From an uncultured virus (IMG/VR IMGVR_UViG_3300035138_000088) (taxonomy: Duplodnaviria > Heunggongvirae > Uroviricota > Caudoviricetes), in the IMG/VR virus record IMGVR_UViG_3300035138_000088: a stretch of DNA of 64,000 bases; one strand, 5' to 3'. Position 1 is the stretch's first letter. Each line of letters opens with the position of its first letter. Both the position numbers and the translations under genes were made by a program. This document shows, piece after piece, positions 9,460-18,377 of the stretch. Under the pieces are notes generated by a model. It made no database searches. It saw nothing but the letters and a program-made list of their open reading frames with translations, and was not told the origin of the DNA.

Positions 9460-9877
9460 TTTCAAGTTCCCGAAAACTTTAGAAGTAAAAGGAACATGGA
9501 CCAACAACGGAACGTATAACCTTAAAGAGTCACAACAAGGCGAAGAAGGTTACCATGCGTTCTATGAACGAGAAGTTGGTTTCGGGTTCAAACATGCAAT
9601 AGAAATAGCTTCAGCGTGGCTAGAATCAGACCCAACAAAGAAGCTTATCGAAGTAAAGAATCTTACATCCTTCGCTAAAATGAAAGCGTCCGCTCCAGAC
9701 CGATGGCTCATTGCTAACCAACAATACTATTACACCATAGAGGATGCTATTGGTGCTCTAACAGGACAGACTAAAGTTTACAAACCGAAACGAAAACCAG
9801 AAATCATAAGGGACCTGACAGAAAAACAAATAAGGGAATACTGGGGATTACCAGAGCCTAAAGAGGAATCGGAATAA
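9407..9877 (+). CDS. hypothetical protein (start likely MQKNS 9446)
   Basis: ORF track. Confidence 0.7.
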   Translation: MWTLCLNRNRRVKMQKNSFKFPKTLEVKGTWTNNGTYNLKESQQGEEGYHAFYEREVGFGFKHAIEIASAWLESDPTKKLIEVKNLTSFAKMKASAPDRWLIANQQYYYTIEDAIGALTGQTKVYKPKRKPEIIRDLTEKQIREYWGLPEPKEESE

Positions 9878-10131
9878 TGGGAGCTATACATTATTGGATA
9901 TTTCGGCTCGGTATAGGTGAACGGGTCCGATGCAATGATTGTAACTCCATGATTCACGGAACCGAAAAGGACACATCTAAACAACCCATCCTCATTTTTG
10001 AAGAGGCAATACGCGCAGATGACACGATAGGGAGAGCTTATTGTGAAAAGTGTGCGAAAGAAAATCACGGTCTAACAGTGGACCGAGAAAATCAAAAAAT
10101 CATAGAGGCAGACTGGAGAAAAAAGAAATGA
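9877..10131 (+). CDS. zinc-finger protein
   Basis: CNDC...CEKC. Confidence 0.7.
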   Translation: MGAIHYWIFRLGIGERVRCNDCNSMIHGTEKDTSKQPILIFEEAIRADDTIGRAYCEKCAKENHGLTVDRENQKIIEADWRKKK

Positions 10132-10940
10132 TAACAACTGAAAATTCAGCGAGAATGTTCGCTAACAAGCTTGTCAAATACTTCTACGAAGAAAACAGAG
10201 AAGGAATAGAGAAGGCACGAAAAAACGGCAACATAGGCGAAGTTTACGCTAAAGAGTTAGAAGACTTAAGAAAGCAATACATTCAAGGCGTGAACCCAGC
10301 CATAACAAACACGACGCAATTCCTCAATAAAGCATTAACTAAAATAGTGCTTAAAAAAGAGTGGAAATCCAAAATTGAACGTAGCACTGGCATACCTATA
10401 GTCATAGGTGGATTATGCTATGGCAGATGCGGAGATGGTTACTCTGGAGAAACAACAAAGCTAGATGACACTGTTCAAAAAGAGGCAGAAATTCTCTTAA
10501 ACCTGTTTGGCAAAGACATAGAAATCCGTTTCAACCATGACAGGCACGGCGGCGGCGCATGGATAAAAAACAATGACGGAAGCGCACAAGTTGGGTTAAG
10601 TGCTGGCTTAAAAACTGTCTTTCCTAATGGTATGAATTACCATGATTATTTAAAAGCAGAATTTGGTCTAGAAACCATATTCTCTCAACCTTGGACCAAA
10701 AGAAGAGAAGTCGAAACAGCCATAGAAAAACTTCCTAAAAGAATCTACATAGCCACATATGTTGGAGTAGACGTTCTTAAGGACGGTGAAGCTGAAAACT
10801 ACCCAGAGGACGAAAACAGCGAAGAAACTAAAGGCTACTGGAGATATGAGGGAAGTATTTCGATAACCCATGACTCGCTAGATAAAGCTGTTGCATGGCT
10901 AAAAAAGAACGTGAACCCAGCCAAAATAAAAAGTATCTAA
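10050..10940 (+). CDS. hypothetical protein (start likely MITTE 10128)
   Basis: Long ORF; ATGA overlap. Confidence 0.75.
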   Translation: MCERKSRSNSGPRKSKNHRGRLEKKEMITTENSARMFANKLVKYFYEENREGIEKARKNGNIGEVYAKELEDLRKQYIQGVNPAITNTTQFLNKALTKIVLKKEWKSKIERSTGIPIVIGGLCYGRCGDGYSGETTKLDDTVQKEAEILLNLFGKDIEIRFNHDRHGGGAWIKNNDGSAQVGLSAGLKTVFPNGMNYHDYLKAEFGLETIFSQPWTKRREVETAIEKLPKRIYIATYVGVDVLKDGEAENYPEDENSEETKGYWRYEGSISITHDSLDKAVAWLKKNVNPAKIKSI

Positions 10941-11065
10941 GTTTTCCATATTCCTTATTTTTACCTAAAGCTTTAAATAGAAGCCTTTTTATATATAAAC
11001 CTTGCTCTATCGAAAATGTTTATATAAGACGATGATATATCTTTATCAACTAAAAAGGTGTGTAA

Positions 11066-11290
11066 ATGGAACAACAATTTGACCCGCAAAATTATCCAAA
11101 AAGGTTAGAAGTTATACGGGAAACGAAAGGTCCACTTTCGGCAGAAAATGCACTGTTCCTAATCGGTGTTGATAAATGTCCTGAATGCCATTGCTCAGTA
11201 GGCAATGATACACAATTCAAAGACTACAGCAATAAAACAATCGCTGTATGTGCCCAATGTGGAAATGAAATGTATATTCCAGAGGCGTAA
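11066..11290 (+). CDS. zinc-ribbon protein
   Basis: CPEC...CAQC; promoter and SD. Confidence 0.75.
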   Translation: MEQQFDPQNYPKRLEVIRETKGPLSAENALFLIGVDKCPECHCSVGNDTQFKDYSNKTIAVCAQCGNEMYIPEA

Positions 11291-11293
11291 AAA

Positions 11294-11884
11294 ATGGCTA
11301 GAGAAACTTTTGGAATTAATCCTGAAGAGTTAACCGTTGAAGAGTTAGAGAAAGAAATCAAAATTCACGAGAAAACAGTTTCTGAAGGTAAAGTTGGCAC
11401 TCCTAACGTCTATGTGCGGCTGGCTGATTTGAAGAGAGAACTTGAAAAAAGAGAAGCAACTCCTAGCATCGAAGTCTTTGACAATCACGGAAAGTTAGCC
11501 GACGGAAAAAAAGTCATGGACCGCTACACTGTAATCATTGGCAACGACGTTTACTTAATGAGTGCTAATCCATGTAGCCCTCAAGGTATGAATCAATACG
11601 CTTGTGGTCGTGGAGATATACTCCGATGGGAAAACGTTGGAGATAAAGTGGAAATCAAATCTCTACCTGAAGAGGTTAAAAAAGCCATAGCCTACAGAAT
11701 GGGTGAAAATGAAAAGCTTCCCCTTGAAGAACTGGAAGGTCTCTTAGAATACATACAAAATTACCTTCCATTCAAAAACGAGCTCTCGCTTACTCCAGAA
11801 ATGACAATTGGGGAGTATTGCCGCGAACTCAAGAAAGAGATGCAATACCACAGAAACTTAGACAAATTAGAAGGGATTACATGA
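11294..11884 (+). CDS. phage hypothetical protein ('DN.G...DRYTV' type)
   Basis: ORF track; recurring phage early-gene motif. Confidence 0.75.
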   Translation: MARETFGINPEELTVEELEKEIKIHEKTVSEGKVGTPNVYVRLADLKRELEKREATPSIEVFDNHGKLADGKKVMDRYTVIIGNDVYLMSANPCSPQGMNQYACGRGDILRWENVGDKVEIKSLPEEVKKAIAYRMGENEKLPLEELEGLLEYIQNYLPFKNELSLTPEMTIGEYCRELKKEMQYHRNLDKLEGIT

Positions 11885-12020
11885 GTGTAATAACTACAAT
11901 TGATAAATATGGTAACACCCCAGCCGAAAGAGAAAAATGGATTCAATTTTGCATGGATGCTTATCATGTGACAAGAAAGGAAGCTGAAGCGTGGTATGAA
12001 AATGAGGATGCGATAAATCT

Positions 12021-12524
12021 ATGAAATTCCGTTTCACCATAGAAGAACTCAACATTAAATCCGACGTTGACATGCTGAAAGCTTTACTTGTTGAACGAAT
12101 GAACGGTCTAAATCCATATGGACCGCTCTATAAACGACTGGCACGGCTACACAAAAAACTGGAAAATAGGGAAACTTTGATAACTCATGAAGCAGTTGGC
12201 GACGTGGGTTACATAGGCTACTTCCTAAACCCACCTAGACCACGCTGGAAACAGATTAATGATGAAACATGGCAATCCGTAGAGGACCCAAAAATAACAG
12301 TGTGCGTCAATCTTGAAAGCGTAAATGATGAAGACAGAGAAGATAAGAGAGACGTTTATTTTGTCTTTCCAGCTAACGACGAAACAGGTATCCCAAATTC
12401 GCCCTATCTATTCTACATAGACGACTATGACGACGCTAAAGCAGAGGCTACAAAAACGGCTCAAAAAATCATGGAGCTTTCAATAGAAAAAATAAAACAC
12501 TTCAACTGGGACATGATAAAATGA
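12021..12524 (+). CDS. hypothetical protein
   Basis: ORF track; GAGG SD. Confidence 0.7.
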   Translation: MKFRFTIEELNIKSDVDMLKALLVERMNGLNPYGPLYKRLARLHKKLENRETLITHEAVGDVGYIGYFLNPPRPRWKQINDETWQSVEDPKITVCVNLESVNDEDREDKRDVYFVFPANDETGIPNSPYLFYIDDYDDAKAEATKTAQKIMELSIEKIKHFNWDMIK

Positions 12525-12655
12525 GTGAACTATACTATAAAGAGCTGTTCTGTAACACATGTGGGGAAACAACAAGCCACGTCATAGTTGATACGGTTGA
12601 AGGACCAAAATATTCCTGTGAAATTTGCGGCAGTTACCACGAAGAAAAGCCTTAA
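12521..12655 (+). CDS. 44-aa zinc-ribbon microprotein (FCNTC...SCEIC)
   Basis: Hand-translated; ATGA overlap. Confidence 0.6.
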   Translation: MSELYYKELFCNTCGETTSHVIVDTVEGPKYSCEICGSYHEEKP

Positions 12656-12709
12656 CAAAACCTTTTTAAAGAAGGAAAACGTAACCTAAATCAGAATAAG
12701 GTGTGATAA

Positions 12710-13549
12710 GTGTCAGAAGAAACTACACAAAAGAAAAACCCAGAAGACTTGATTCTTCCAGAGCAAATACTGCGGAAGATTCTTAGAACTGGATTGATAA
12801 TTCCCGCTATCGGTGGGGCTGGGAAATCAGAAAGCGGTAAATCAATCACATCTTACATAATAAAAAAACAACCCCTTCCAATTCAAGTTAAAATCTTCGA
12901 CGTAGCAAGTAACTTAAGATGGAATTTTGAACCCATCTTATGTCAAGAAATAACAGAGAATACGCGCTTCTTTTACAGCGGAGAAAAGCATATCCTATAC
13001 GACATAAACATGTCAGATGATGACGAAAAGCTAAAATTCATAGCTAAAGTTATCCAAACAGACTACCTCAAACAGCGCAAACTCAAAAGCGAACTTGGTG
13101 GACATGTAGACAAGTTCATTCTTTACCTGTTCGAAGAGTCTCAAATAGTCTTAGGTAGATACGCCTTAATGAAAAAACTTGGCAGAACCGTAAAAGAAAC
13201 TTTGAGCATGGGCAGAAACTTTGGCATGTCATTCATTTTCATAGGTAGAAGACTAGCTGATATGTCCACTTCAGCAATAGAAATGAGTGAAGGTTACCTG
13301 TTCGGTAAAATGATAGGAGACAATGACTTAGCGAAACTTAGACGCATAGTTGGAAAGAAATCTAACATAGTAGACGACGTTAAAAAACTGGAGCTTGGAA
13401 AAGGACAATTCATTTACTTCGACGGAAGCTCTGCTTACGACTTCAACTGTCCACCATATGACAGTAAAGGACAAAAGCCGATTATGTGGACCCCTAACAT
13501 AAAGAGTATGCCGATATGGAGATACCGAGAAGGGAAGCAAATAATATGA
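12710..13549 (+). CDS. P-loop ATPase, HerA/FtsK/VirB4-like
   Basis: Walker A GGAGKS, Walker B LYLFEE, arginine finger 'MGRNFG', 'IFIGRRLAD'. Confidence 0.75.
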   Translation: MSEETTQKKNPEDLILPEQILRKILRTGLIIPAIGGAGKSESGKSITSYIIKKQPLPIQVKIFDVASNLRWNFEPILCQEITENTRFFYSGEKHILYDINMSDDDEKLKFIAKVIQTDYLKQRKLKSELGGHVDKFILYLFEESQIVLGRYALMKKLGRTVKETLSMGRNFGMSFIFIGRRLADMSTSAIEMSEGYLFGKMIGDNDLAKLRRIVGKKSNIVDDVKKLELGKGQFIYFDGSSAYDFNCPPYDSKGQKPIMWTPNIKSMPIWRYREGKQII

Positions 13550-13791
13550 CAAACCTTCTTATAGCCTTCATTTTTGGCTTAATCTTCCTTTTTGGTTTCG
13601 TATGGGAATTCGATAAAATCAAAAGAGACCGAAGAAACATAATAATAACTACTCTCCTAGCTAAAGCTAAAAAAGATGGGGAAGACAGATTTATTCCAGT
13701 CGGTGACGACGGAGAAAACTTAGATTTACAAAAAGAAAACCGAGAGGAAGAATCAGACATAGGTGACGATGATGCCATTCTCGGACTGTAG
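13546..13791 (+). CDS. small membrane protein with acidic tail
   Basis: MTNLLIAFIFGLIFLFGFVW hydrophobic segment; ATGA overlap with ATPase. Confidence 0.65.
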   Translation: MTNLLIAFIFGLIFLFGFVWEFDKIKRDRRNIIITTLLAKAKKDGEDRFIPVGDDGENLDLQKENREEESDIGDDDAILGL

Positions 13792-14098
13792 AATAATTAA
13801 GTTTTTGCGTAAAGTTTTCCAGCGAAAAACCATCATAAAAGCTGAATCTATTAAGATTGAATTCGAACCTAAAAACTATGAGAAAAGCCATGCGGAAAAA
13901 CTTAACTCAATCATAAGTGGGCAGTCAGTCATAACGGGAACATTCGAAATTACGGAAATAGACGAACTCTTGTTTTCTCCATGTCCAATAGTTAATTGTA
14001 TGAACTATGACCAGTGTTCCAAGAATCTTTCTAAATGTGATTGGATGCGAGAAGAAATGGTGGTAATGAAGGGTGGAAAAGAAACGGAAACCATTTAG
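13763..14098 (+). CDS. hypothetical protein, Cys-rich C-terminus
   Basis: ORF track; GGTGA SD. Confidence 0.55.
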   Translation: MTMMPFSDCRIIKFLRKVFQRKTIIKAESIKIEFEPKNYEKSHAEKLNSIISGQSVITGTFEITEIDELLFSPCPIVNCMNYDQCSKNLSKCDWMREEMVVMKGGKETETI

Positions 14099-14550
14099 TG
14101 GAAAATTTCGCAACAGATTCAGAACGGAAAGAAAGAAACTTAAAAAATGTAATCCGCGCTGGAATTGTCGAAGTGAGTGCGGTTTCAAAAGAGTTTTTTG
14201 TTCCAAGTTCTGGAAAAAAGTTTTTAATAAAATTTAATAAAGTTTCTCAAAAGCCTTTAAATACAAGGCTGGGTATATTTAAATCTTTCTATTAGGAACC
14301 TACCACGCACATAGAGCTCTTTCTATACGCCGAGAATCTTGGATAACTTTTCAACTTTCTGCTCAAGTTTCCGCGTTTTTTGTTTTTCTTGTTTTAATTC
14401 TTCGGCGAGTACCTCATAACCAGATTCCAGAAATTCAACTTTATCTTTTAAAGCTTGAAACATGGATGTGAAAGTCTCTTCATTTGTCATAACCTAAACT
14501 AAGATAAGGAATGCTATAAAGCTTTCGCAAAAACAAAAAAGGGTAGGGGA

Positions 14551-14949
14551 TTATTTGTATTCACTTATGAACAGTGTAGCATATTCGAAAAGCGCGGCAT
14601 CATCAGTTTTAGCTGTAATCTTGAATGTCTCGGTTGCACCACTGGCAACAGTAACGTTCATGTTTTTATCGGCTACGTCTGGCTCATAGTAGAGTACAAT
14701 GTAAGCATCTATAGATTTCCCAGTGGGGTTACTTAGAATCAGTGTAGACTTGATTTTATCCTTGGAAACAACGTGAGTAAGAGAGACAACGACTAAATCG
14801 CTCGGGACGACATCTTGAGTATAAGTTGATGCTTTTTGAGGTTTAAGTGAAAGGACGACGAGAGCTCCAGTTACCGAAAGCAACGAAATAGCTATTAAAG
14901 CGACCACAAGTAAGATTTTTCTACGTTTGGTAAGATTTAGATTTATCAT
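14551..14949 (-). CDS. membrane-anchored/secreted beta-rich protein
   Basis: Basic-then-hydrophobic signal sequence; own TATA ~14970 (leaderless). Confidence 0.7.
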   Translation of the reverse strand: MINLNLTKRRKILLVVALIAISLLSVTGALVVLSLKPQKASTYTQDVVPSDLVVVSLTHVVSKDKIKSTLILSNPTGKSIDAYIVLYYEPDVADKNMNVTVASGATETFKITAKTDDAALFEYATLFISEYK

Positions 14950-14988
14950 ACCAAAAGAATATGATGTTTATACTAATAAAGATTGTGG

Positions 14989-15903
14989 TTACGCTGGGGC
15001 GGATTCTGGCTCGGCTATCTTCACTGTACCAGTATCAGTTATCTCTAAAGGAATATATTTCCTATCGAAAGAACAGATACGGCATGACAATATACGAGTG
15101 AAATGAACAAGGTCCCACTGTTTGATTGTCTTATTCAACGCTGAAGCTATGTCGTTTTTAAGTTTTCCAGAGGCTTTACCGAAATCCATACATATGACGC
15201 TATCGAGATTATGAGCTATGCTTATTCCACCAGCTATGGCGAAACGGTCTGTTTCTTCCTCTGACCTCTGACAAACATAGAGCCCAGTTATGCCGTGTTG
15301 CTGGTTATATCGAGATAGCCACAGGATTCTGTTTTTGATTGCGGCGCGATATGATTCCATTAAAGTTATAGAATCAATCACTAAAAGGTCTATCTGTTCT
15401 GGTGAAGATTCAACTATGCTTTGGTACACTGAAGAGAAGGTTCCCCATTCTCTAAGTTCGGTGAAAGTTACAGCGTCAAGAACGAACATATTAGCCTTGA
15501 TTTTTTCCCAGTCTAGGTTTAAAGCTGAAGCCTTCTCCTTCATCCTTGATTCCAAGTCGTAACGTTTGTTACCGACATTCCAAATATCTTCAGAAATTAC
15601 AAAGATTACTTTCTTGCCTTCGTTGGCTGTGTGTAGAACCACATCTTGTGCTAGTAAAGATTTTCCTACTCCGCTTAAGCCGACTACTCCTAATTGTACA
15701 ACTAGAGGTATGCCGCCTAAAGGTTTATTTTCTGAATTAAGATAGAGTTGGTCCAAAAAGGTGTGAGTTTGTAAGCCTTCTAAAACTTTTGGTTGTGCGT
15801 CAGGTTTTGACATTGGCGCAATAAAGTTAGCGTAATTCTCAATTTTTTCTCCCACTTTATCTGACTCATCTAGAATGTTTTTTATTTGGTCTTCCGTACC
15901 CAT
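14989..15903 (-). CDS. KaiC/RAD55-like RecA-superfamily ATPase (AF_0795-type)
   Basis: 'GGIP', Walker A GLSGVGKS, Walker B LLVIDSIT, 'VCQR', 'AGG..IAH.LD', 'CRIC.FD'. Confidence 0.85.
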   Translation of the reverse strand: MGTEDQIKNILDESDKVGEKIENYANFIAPMSKPDAQPKVLEGLQTHTFLDQLYLNSENKPLGGIPLVVQLGVVGLSGVGKSLLAQDVVLHTANEGKKVIFVISEDIWNVGNKRYDLESRMKEKASALNLDWEKIKANMFVLDAVTFTELREWGTFSSVYQSIVESSPEQIDLLVIDSITLMESYRAAIKNRILWLSRYNQQHGITGLYVCQRSEEETDRFAIAGGISIAHNLDSVICMDFGKASGKLKNDIASALNKTIKQWDLVHFTRILSCRICSFDRKYIPLEITDTGTVKIAEPESAPA

Positions 15904-16195
15904 TATTCTTCCCTTATTTTACATTTTTGACAATCTTCGACTGAAACCTCAACTAAAACACCATCCGTACCTAATGCCTCTTTCTGTTTTCTACAATAAT
16001 CAGAAACAGAAGTACAATCGCCTATTTGGAAGCGATGTTGACATGGTGGAAATGGGTCTGTCTTCTGAGATTCAATCATACTTTGACACTATATACTTTC
16101 TAATTAAGCTTCGTTATAAAGCTTTCTATGGGCTTCTTATACTTAAATCTTTTGACAAAACCCTAATATATCGCTATCACTACTAGATATTTAAT

Positions 16196-16345
16196 ATTGG
16201 TTTAGAGGGGCACGGTGGGGTTAGTCCCTAGCTATGAATCATTAGGTAGAGGGTTGACAGAGGATAGTTGAGTCAGTTGGTTTTTATTATTAGTCAGTTA
16301 AGTTAGTTACAGTAGTTACTGTTATTGTTGTTAGTAGTAAGGTTT
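16196..16345. repeat. G/T-rich low-complexity tract (AGTTA/GTTAG words) at second divergence point
   Basis: agtcagttaagttagttacagtagttactgttattgttgttag; resembles 2260-2360. Confidence 0.5.
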
Positions 16346-16381
16346 AAATAAGTTATTGGTCTACTAATCTTGGAATAAAAA

Positions 16382-16714
16382 ATGATTAAATTTACATACA
16401 GTAGATATACATGGAAAGCAACTGAAGGAGACCCATTTGTTTCAGCTACCATAAAGAAAAATATAACTCTTGAAAAAGCAATTTCTTTAATGGCTAACTA
16501 TCTTAGACGTATGCCTAATACTCTATCTTATGATAATATGAGTAAAAAAATTAGTTGTGAATTAGCTAGCTCTCGTCTCGGTGCATCAACAAGTAGTGAA
16601 GCCTTCATAGAATCAAATAAAGGGATTAATCCAGAAGAGGCAATTAAGATTATACAATTGATTACTGAAAAACTTCATTCTTTTCCTTCTTTTAAAAAAA
16701 ATAACAAAGTTTAA
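16382..16714 (+). CDS. hypothetical protein
   Basis: TATA at ~16342. Confidence 0.65.
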   Translation: MIKFTYSRYTWKATEGDPFVSATIKKNITLEKAISLMANYLRRMPNTLSYDNMSKKISCELASSRLGASTSSEAFIESNKGINPEEAIKIIQLITEKLHSFPSFKKNNKV

Positions 16715-16741
16715 TAGGTAGTTTAGACAGATAAGTTAGTA

Positions 16742-16976
16742 GATGATGTCGGGTAAGCTCTCCGATGTAACACTACAGTTGGGTGCGCTCGAATCGTAAT
16801 GTCGGGCTACAGTCTAACAAGGTTACACGCGACCTAGAGGCATCATCGAACATCAACCAGACATGTATAGGTTGGCTGAACACAAGCTCTGTGTCATGGC
16901 AGAGTACAATAACGCACATCTGGGAACACGGTGAGATGCCGTATATAGTTCCAGAGACCTCATGAAATCTGGTTGA
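16742..16976 (+). ncRNA. candidate structured ncRNA B (two tandem closed domains)
   Basis: Starts ~25 nt after TATA (aaagtttaata); GATGATGTC/GGCATCATC (16742/16847) enclosing tgtaac/gttaca; TCAACCAGA/TCTGGTTGA (16853/16976) enclosing ctctg/cagag and tctgg(g)aac/gttccaga. Confidence 0.6.
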
Positions 16977-16993
16977 AAGATATGGGTTAAAAA

Positions 16994-17308
16994 ATGTTCA
17001 GACAAATAGTTCAATGGTATTGTCATTGTGGAAAATTTACTAGAAATAGATTTCCAAACAATAAAGATGCTATGAGATTAAAAGGTGTGTCGAATGTTTG
17101 GAGTTTAAGCCATGACCCAATTTTAGGGAGAGTCGCTGACACAATTGAATGTGTTGGAATCAGAAAATGTAAATATTGCGGCGAAGAAAAAGCCATCATA
17201 GTTTACAATGACGGTGGATGGGGCTCTTGTCAATCATTCGCTTACAGTCTCGATTCAAAAGTTGGGAAAAGAGTTCTCGAAATATTAAAAGATTCCAATA
17301 ACCAATAA
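16994..17308 (+). CDS. zinc-binding hypothetical protein
   Basis: CHC...CKYC. Confidence 0.7.
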   Translation: MFRQIVQWYCHCGKFTRNRFPNNKDAMRLKGVSNVWSLSHDPILGRVADTIECVGIRKCKYCGEEKAIIVYNDGGWGSCQSFAYSLDSKVGKRVLEILKDSNNQ

Positions 17309-17339
17309 CTTTATATTGTTCTTTATAGTATCTATTTTT

Positions 17340-17503
17340 GGGCAAGATGATGGTGTAAAAGAAAGCACAGCCGTCATATAGGCAAGGTGGAAGCATGGGA
17401 ATGCATAACCATGTCGAAACCCTGTATTCCAAAGTACAAGGAATGCCAAACTCTCTATGGAGTACGGATGGGTAAATGGGCTCAATTCCCATTCTCTTAG
17501 CCC
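17340..17503 (+). ncRNA. tRNA-like structured RNA C with large insertion in the anticodon arm
   Basis: TATA at 17310; GGGC-AAGA/TCTT-A-GCCC termini; D-arm-like TGGTGT-AAAAGAAA-GCAC; T-arm ATGGG-CTCAATT-CCCAT; three hairpins in the insert; T-rich end. Confidence 0.6.
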
Positions 17504-17557
17504 TTTATTCTAACCGATAAGTTTATATCAATCCTTTTACTAATAGTAGCCCGTAGA

Positions 17558-17606
17558 GTTGGGGAAGTCTAAGACCGCTTGGGAAAGTAGCCTAAGTGTC
17601 CCCAAC
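17558..17606 (+). promoter_or_regulatory. structured 5' leader (three-way junction) of HD gene
   Basis: gttgggga/tccccaac 8 bp enclosing gtc/gac and cgcttggg/cctaagtg; between TATA (17521) and SD AGGTGA. Confidence 0.5.
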
Positions 17607-17618
17607 GAAAAGTAACAG

Positions 17619-18080
17619 GTGAATAAGATGGTAGACCTATTCAAACAATTCGAGCTTGAATATAAAGCGCGGAACCTAGTACGTGAACTTCTTGGAGAAG
17701 GATATTACTACGGTCACATCGTAAGGAGTATATGCGCCCTTAATGCTTTCTGTGAAAAACAGAAACAAATAAATGCTGTGAAACTTAGAACAATTTTCTA
17801 TCTCCATGACTTGGTTGAGGATACAAACGTAATTACTTACGAATACATCTGTGAAGAATTCACGAAGGAAATAGCCGACTTTGTTATGGAAGTAACTAAA
17901 GATGAAAACGGTGACTTTCCGCGTCTACATTCACTTGAAGGTCATATAATCAAGACTGTAGACCGAGCGGCAAACTTTACGTCTGACCACGTTAAACCAT
18001 CAAAGAAACAAGATTACATCAAACATATGAGTGGATGCTTCAGCACTACCCAGAAGGGTGTAAAAAATGCCAGCCGATAA
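17619..18080 (+). CDS. HD-domain hydrolase, SpoT/Mesh1 small alarmone hydrolase-like
   Basis: 'LHDLVEDT..T.E.I..EF..EIA.FV.EVTK' and 'IIKTVDR..N'. Confidence 0.7.
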   Translation: MNKMVDLFKQFELEYKARNLVRELLGEGYYYGHIVRSICALNAFCEKQKQINAVKLRTIFYLHDLVEDTNVITYEYICEEFTKEIADFVMEVTKDENGDFPRLHSLEGHIIKTVDRAANFTSDHVKPSKKQDYIKHMSGCFSTTQKGVKNASR

Positions 18081-18375
18081 AACTAAAAAAGAAAAAATAA
18101 AAGAGCCCAAGTTAGTTGATGTGAAACTGGAAGTTAGGACCTCAACAGAAATCACAAAAAATTACCAGTTCACAATAGTCAAAGTTGTCAGTGTAACGAC
18201 CACCCATAAACCTATGGTGAAAGTGGAAACTAAAGAGGTTGAAATAATGCGGCGTGGATTCGAAAAGATTGAACAAGCTTTACTGGTCCACAACGTCTTA
18301 TCTGACTTCATAGCTCATTTAAACCGAGCTCCTTTACATTCAATATTAAGGTTTGAGCCGCCAGAGGAAAAGTAG
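18067..18375 (+). CDS. hypothetical protein
   Basis: GGGTG SD; overlap. Confidence 0.7.
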   Translation: MPADKTKKEKIKEPKLVDVKLEVRTSTEITKNYQFTIVKVVSVTTTHKPMVKVETKEVEIMRRGFEKIEQALLVHNVLSDFIAHLNRAPLHSILRFEPPEEK

Positions 18376-18377
18376 AA

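Noticed and set aside
14188..14228. Hairpin ttcca/tggaa with T/A flanks near convergent genes, and ORF 14041-14295
   Set aside because: Weak AT-rich stem and doubtful ORF; could be a terminator but unsupported.
16783..17492. ORFs 16783-16965 (+), 17196-17492 (-), 17285-17485 (-)
   Set aside because: No SD or promoter, atypical composition; they overlap better-supported structured RNAs and gene 16994.
17340..17503. Canonical or BHB-intron tRNA call
   Set aside because: Lacks D-loop GG, U33 and TTC; acceptor is bulged; no clear BHB, so no anticodon assigned.
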